Shown: positions 60,119 to 64,000 of the stretch, in pieces
Numbering within the stretch: position 1 is the stretch's first letter
Layout: the number at the start of each line of letters is the position of its first letter
IMG/VR virus record: IMGVR_UViG_3300030376_008775
Span: 58,739-122,738 of that record
DNA length: 64,000 nucleotides
Source: a virus
Taxonomy: Duplodnaviria > Caudoviricetes
Strand: one strand, 5' to 3'
Translations under genes and position numbers: made by a program
The notes under the pieces: model-generated
Told to the model about the DNA's origin: nothing
The model's database searches: none
What the model saw: the letters and a program-made list of their open reading frames with translations, nothing else

Positions 60119-60517
60119 ATGAAAATCACAAAAGAATATCTACAAGAAATTATTAAAGAAGAGTTAGAGGCTGTTCTTAGCGAAGAAGAATTTTACGAAG
60201 TTGATGCTAAGGATATAAATGAAGAATTCTGCCCAGTTTGCGCTCCACTAGAAGAGAAAAAAAAGAAGAAGAAAAAGAAGAAAGCCTGCAAGCCATCCAA
60301 AGGCAAAAGGTTTGCTAAAAGAGTTGATGGCAAATGTCGCTCATTCGGGCAAGCCGGCCAAGCAAAAGGTGGTGGCGACAGAATTCGTCCCGGCACAGCA
60401 AAAGGTGATGCATACTGCGCAAGATCAGCTGGCATCAAAAAATGTAAAAATCCGCCATGCGCAAATACACTTTCTAGAAAGAAGTGGAAATGCCGCGGCA
60501 AAAAATCAATGAAATAA
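60119..60517 (+). CDS. leader-bearing basic Cys-rich protein with poly-Lys run
   Basis: MKITKEYLQEIIKEELEAVLSE..LEEKKKKKKKKKACKP..FGQAG..YCARSAG..KKWKC; AAGGA RBS. Confidence 0.75.
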   Translation: MKITKEYLQEIIKEELEAVLSEEEFYEVDAKDINEEFCPVCAPLEEKKKKKKKKKACKPSKGKRFAKRVDGKCRSFGQAGQAKGGGDRIRPGTAKGDAYCARSAGIKKCKNPPCANTLSRKKWKCRGKKSMK

Positions 60518-60522
60518 ATTAC

Positions 60523-60832
60523 GGGGATGAACTGGTATCGACTGAGTATTGAAAATTTAATGTGCAAGGCTGTGTGAGTGTGGCACAGCAAAAACACTCA
60601 ACAATTTAAACGCCAACGATAACGTTAGCTTTGATTACGCCCTAGCGGCTTAATTACGGGGTTGTAGTCGCCTTGTTAACCAAGACTACGAAAAAAGTTT
60701 TTGGCTTCTTTAAAGAGCCAATGCCGCGCTGGATAGGATAAGTTTGTCAGAGTTCGTAAACTGAATAACCTTGTGAATGACATTATTTTTAAAATATTTA
60801 GGACTCGGGTTCGACTCCCGACATCTCCACCA
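60523..60832 (+). ncRNA. ssrA: tmRNA (one-piece, 310 nt), tag ANDNVSFDYALAA
   Basis: 5' GGGGATG pairs with 3' CATCTCC-ACCA including a G3-U wobble. T-arm TCGGGTTCGACTCCCGA. Pseudoknot 1: GCTGTG/CACAGC plus TGAGTGT/ACACTCA (60569-60600). Tag ORF 60612-60653 ends YALAA*. Confidence 0.95.
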
Positions 60833-60861
60833 ACTACTTAATATTAGAGAGGATTATCTTT

Positions 60862-61104
60862 ATGAAAATTACAAAACAAAAACTAAACAAAATTATCAAC
60901 GAAGAAATTGAACGCCACAGCATTTTACGAGAAGCAAATCGTACTGTTTTAGTTGAGAACAATAATCCAACTCTAAGAAAAGTATTGAAAGAACGCTTTG
61001 AAAAGTTAGGCGGTTATTATTTTGAAGCCCTTGAGGAAGGCGACAAAGAGTTAGCAAAAACTCTTCAAGAAGAAATGACCAGAATCTTCGAGGATCTAAC
61101 GTAA
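60862..61104 (+). CDS. leader-bearing small helical protein
   Basis: MKITKQKLNKIINEEIERHSILRE; GAGG RBS. Confidence 0.75.
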   Translation: MKITKQKLNKIINEEIERHSILREANRTVLVENNNPTLRKVLKERFEKLGGYYFEALEEGDKELAKTLQEEMTRIFEDLT

Positions 61105-61111
61105 TGGGGTA

Positions 61112-61576
61112 GTGCTGTATTATGCATTTTTCTTTATAGCAGGATTGTTATATACAAACATTCTAGAATGGGTGTTGCACAAATACGTACTACACGGCTT
61201 AGGCAAAAACAAAAAAAGCAACTGGTCTTCTCATTGGAGCGTCCATCATAAAAAATCAAGAAAGAATGATTTTTACGATGACGATTATGAGAAAAGTTGG
61301 CACTCCTCGGGATCCCGTTCAGAGATCATGGGCTTAATATTATTAGCTTTGCTACATTCACCGTTATATTTTTTATCCTTACCTTTTTATCTTGGTCTTC
61401 TTTACGGAGGCCTAGGTTATTATTTTGTACACAAACAAGCTCATTTAGATCCTGAATGGGCAAGAAAACACGTCCCTTGGCATTACGATCACCATATGGG
61501 AAAAAATCAAGATGCTAACTGGGGAGTCACAACCGACTGGGTTGATAGATTAATGGGAACAAGAATTAAATATTGA
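61112..61576 (+). CDS. fatty acid hydroxylase/sterol desaturase family membrane enzyme
   Basis: His boxes EWVLHKYVLH, HWSVHH, VHKQAH, HYDHH; NWGV..W.D..MGT; hydrophobic segments. Confidence 0.85.
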   Translation: MLYYAFFFIAGLLYTNILEWVLHKYVLHGLGKNKKSNWSSHWSVHHKKSRKNDFYDDDYEKSWHSSGSRSEIMGLILLALLHSPLYFLSLPFYLGLLYGGLGYYFVHKQAHLDPEWARKHVPWHYDHHMGKNQDANWGVTTDWVDRLMGTRIKY

Positions 61577-61600
61577 CTTTATCTTTGTTGTTGTTATAAT
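61573..61600 (+). promoter_or_regulatory. sigma70-type promoter upstream of the Mre11-Rad50 gene
   Basis: TTGACT (61573-61578), 16-nt spacer ending TGT, TATAAT (61595-61600); GGAG RBS before the ATG at 61624. Confidence 0.7.
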
Positions 61601-61623
61601 AAACTTATATTAATGGAGATCTT

Positions 61624-64000
61624 ATGCGTTTTGCGCACATAGCGGATACTCATATCCGAAATTTAAAATATCATAAAGAATATAGAGAAGTTTTTAGTCA
61701 ACTGTACAAAAACCTCCGAGAACAAAAACCAGACTACATAATTCATTGCGGAGATATCGCACACACGAAAACTCAGATTAGCCCTGAATATGTTCAGATG
61801 TGTTCTGATTTTCTCAAGAATTTAGCAGACATAGCACCAACTTACGTCATTCTTGGCAATCACGATGGGAACCTACGTAACTCAAGCCGTCAGGACGCCC
61901 TTACGCCTATCGCCAACGCATTGGAGCACGAAAGTCTATACCTACTTCGTGATGCGGGAGAAACGCCGTTAAACGACCGTTTCTCGTTGAATGTGCTGTC
62001 TGTGTTTGACGAGGACAATTGGATTGAACCAACTGATACAAATCGAATAAACATTGCATTATACCATGGATCTATTTCAAATTGTGAAACAGATCATGGA
62101 TGGAGAATGGAGAGAGGTGAAAATGATATTAGCATCTTTGATAATTTTGACTATGGTTTTCTTGGTGATATACACAAGACCAATCAAATCTTGGACAGAA
62201 AAGGCAAGGTACGTTATCCTGGCTCAACGGTCCAACAGAATCACGGAGAAACCAATGACAAAGGATACTTGCTCTGGGACATCGAAGACAAAGAAAATTA
62301 CACGTGCAGACATTTTGTTTTAAAAAACCCCAAGCCTTTTATTACAATTCCTTTGACACCAACTGGTAAAATTTCTAAAAGAGTAGAGGTACAAACAGGT
62401 GCACGCTTGCGTCTTGTTTCCGAGAATCATCTGCCTTTAGATGTGATTCGAAAAGCAATTGATATTGCAAAAACACGTTTCAAGCCCGAGGCTATTACAT
62501 ATTTAAATCGTGCACAAGGAGATCGTGTAAATTTAGAAGATATAACTAATTCTTTAGTAAAAGAAGATTTACGAGATATTAATGTCCAGGAGGAGTTAAT
62601 TGAAGAGTATCTGCAAGAGTATCAAGTCGATTCCGAAACGACTAAGAAGGTTCTTGACCTTAATCGAGCTTACAAAAAAAGAGTTGAAGAGGAGGAGGAG
62701 ATCTCACGCAACGTCAACTGGCGTTTAAAAAAAGTAGAGTGGGATAATCTTTTTAACTACGGCGAAAAAAATTCAATTCGGTTTGACAATTTAAATGGTA
62801 TTGTTGGTATTTTTGGTAAGAATTTTTCTGGAAAGTCCAGTATTGTTGATTCAATCTTATATACAATGTTCAACACAACATCAAAAAACAACCGCAAGAA
62901 TCTTAATATTATTAATCAAAACAAAGATTACTGCCGAGGATACGTTGAGATTGATGTTGGTACAAAAACTTATAAGATCGAGCGCATTAGTACAAAGTAT
63001 AAGAAAAAACTTAAAGGTAATATAACAGACGAAGCAAAAACAGATCTTGAGTTTAATGTTTACGATAACGCCATTCAAGAAGAAAAAAGCCTTAACGGAA
63101 CATCTAGAAATCAAACAGACAAAAATATTAAAAAGATTTTTGGAACAATGGAAGATTTTCTTTTAACTTCAATGGCGTCACAATTAGGATCCCTTTCATA
63201 TATTAGCGAAGGCTCCACGCGCCGCAAAGAAATTCTTGCTAAGTTTTTAGACCTTGAAGTTTTTGAGCGCAAGTTTAGGATGGCGAAAGAAGAAGCTTCG
63301 GACACAAAAGCTTTGTTACGTCGGTGGCAGAACAGAAATTTTGATGAAGAAATTGAAGAAGCACAAGAAGTTTACAGTGAAAACAATATTAAGCTAGAAC
63401 AAAAAGAGCTGCATTGTAGTAGCCTTAAACAGCAGTTAGCTAATAAACAACAAGACTTACAAGAAATTTCTCTAAAGTTGAAAGAGATTCCTGACGATAT
63501 AGTAGATATCAAAGATTTGATGTCGGATATCAAGGAACAGAATGAATTGTTAAGAGGGTATGAAAATAATCGTGTAAGTCTTGTAGCAGAAAGCACAGCA
63601 AAAGAAAAGTATATTTTTGAAGTAGAGGAGTTTTTAGAAGAATTTCCAATTGAGGAAGTTCAACAAAAACAAAAAGAGATAGAAGAAAGAATTGAAAGAA
63701 TTAAAGACTTAGAAAATGATATTCAAAAACTGCAAGACAAGATAAGAAGACAAAAAAAGAAGATTAAGCTACTGGACGAAGTTCCTTGTGGTGATGAATT
63801 TCCTACTTGCAAGTTTATTGATGATGCTCACAAATCAAAAAAAGTTTTGAACGGTTCTAGCGTATCTCTTGATAAGCTATCAATCAATAAAGTTAAGTCA
63901 GAACAAGAGTTGAAAAACTTAGATCCCGACAATAACGTTGAAGTACTAGACAATTATAAGTCTTTCCACTTAAAACTAACAGATGCTAGAATAGAGCTTC
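61624..64000 (+). CDS. fused Mre11/SbcD nuclease - Rad50/SbcC ATPase (3'-truncated by the window)
   Basis: Not in the ORF track. Manual translation gives MRFAHIADTH..CGDIAH..GNHD..YHG..LGDIH..YPGS (metallophosphoesterase), then in the same frame NLFNYG..GKNFSGKSS (Walker A), a coiled coil, and CGDEFPTC. No stop before 64000. Confidence 0.9.
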   Translation, partial: MRFAHIADTHIRNLKYHKEYREVFSQLYKNLREQKPDYIIHCGDIAHTKTQISPEYVQMCSDFLKNLADIAPTYVILGNHDGNLRNSSRQDALTPIANALEHESLYLLRDAGETPLNDRFSLNVLSVFDEDNWIEPTDTNRINIALYHGSISNCETDHGWRMERGENDISIFDNFDYGFLGDIHKTNQILDRKGKVRYPGSTVQQNHGETNDKGYLLWDIEDKENYTCRHFVLKNPKPFITIPLTPTGKISKRVEVQTGARLRLVSENHLPLDVIRKAIDIAKTRFKPEAITYLNRAQGDRVNLEDITNSLVKEDLRDINVQEELIEEYLQEYQVDSETTKKVLDLNRAYKKRVEEEEEISRNVNWRLKKVEWDNLFNYGEKNSIRFDNLNGIVGIFGKNFSGKSSIVDSILYTMFNTTSKNNRKNLNIINQNKDYCRGYVEIDVGTKTYKIERISTKYKKKLKGNITDEAKTDLEFNVYDNAIQEEKSLNGTSRNQTDKNIKKIFGTMEDFLLTSMASQLGSLSYISEGSTRRKEILAKFLDLEVFERKFRMAKEEASDTKALLRRWQNRNFDEEIEEAQEVYSENNIKLEQKELHCSSLKQQLANKQQDLQEISLKLKEIPDDIVDIKDLMSDIKEQNELLRGYENNRVSLVAESTAKEKYIFEVEEFLEEFPIEEVQQKQKEIEERIERIKDLENDIQKLQDKIRRQKKKIKLLDEVPCGDEFPTCKFIDDAHKSKKVLNGSSVSLDKLSINKVKSEQELKNLDPDNNVEVLDNYKSFHLKLTDARIEL

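Noticed and set aside
59349-60283. Poly-Lys/A-rich runs as sequencing artefacts or programmed frameshift sites
   Set aside because: The runs mix AAA and AAG codons, stay in frame, and lead into coherent downstream domains.
60800-60832. Stand-alone tRNA gene suggested by GGTTCGACTCC...CCA
   Set aside because: It is the 3' part of the tmRNA; there is no anticodon arm and its pairing partner lies about 300 nt upstream.
388-63596. The many short minus-strand and alternate-frame ORFs in the track (e.g. 388..750, 17478..18185, 45122..45601, 59165..59728, 62054..62323, 62795..63025)
   Set aside because: They lie inside or opposite well-supported + strand genes and show no recognisable motifs; they are shadow ORFs.
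1-64000. Alternative genetic code (stop-codon reassignment), as in some large phages
   Set aside because: Genes are long and intact in the standard code, and TAA, TGA (e.g. 742, 4060) and TAG (e.g. 37054, 60100) all end genes at sensible junctions.
1-64000. Eukaryotic giant virus or bacterial chromosome origin
   Set aside because: Shine-Dalgarno sites, a sigma factor, tmRNA, peptidoglycan hydrolase domains and contractile-tail baseplate genes point to a bacteriophage; no ribosomal or other core cellular genes are present.

Overview
AT-rich, gene-dense window with essentially every real gene on the + strand and no cellular housekeeping core. It is best read as part of a large (jumbo-type) contractile-tailed bacteriophage genome in the standard genetic code. 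There are four blocks. (1) 1.5-19.3 kb: a glycan/nucleotide-sugar cluster of about 22 genes, including several glycosyltransferases, a transaldolase/RpiB/AraD/HldE-like set, a B12 radical SAM enzyme, FabH, an acyltransferase, a 2OG dioxygenase, a short DegT aminotransferase, Gmd, a sugar dehydrogenase and an epimerase. (2) 20-57 kb: a T4 gp55-like sigma factor followed by a baseplate/tail module (multi-domain lysin/hub, spike, gp25, gp6, a very large LamG wedge protein, tail-collar-like paralogues). (3) 57-58.5 kb: RuvC-like resolvase and primase. (4) 58.5-64 kb: an unannotated Cys-rich micro-ORF, six small genes sharing N-terminal leader peptides, a complete tmRNA, a fatty-acid hydroxylase and a fused Mre11-Rad50 (SbcD-SbcC) gene that runs off the end. 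The two leading candidates for undescribed systems are both inferences from sequence patterns. The first is a virion O-glycosylation system: a higher-carbon sugar pathway plus a recurring (S/T)-(G/A/S)-S motif concentrated in certain tail proteins. The second is a leader-peptide (capsid-targeting-like) cargo system for small basic or Cys-rich proteins. All family calls come from motif recognition by eye; no database searches were run.
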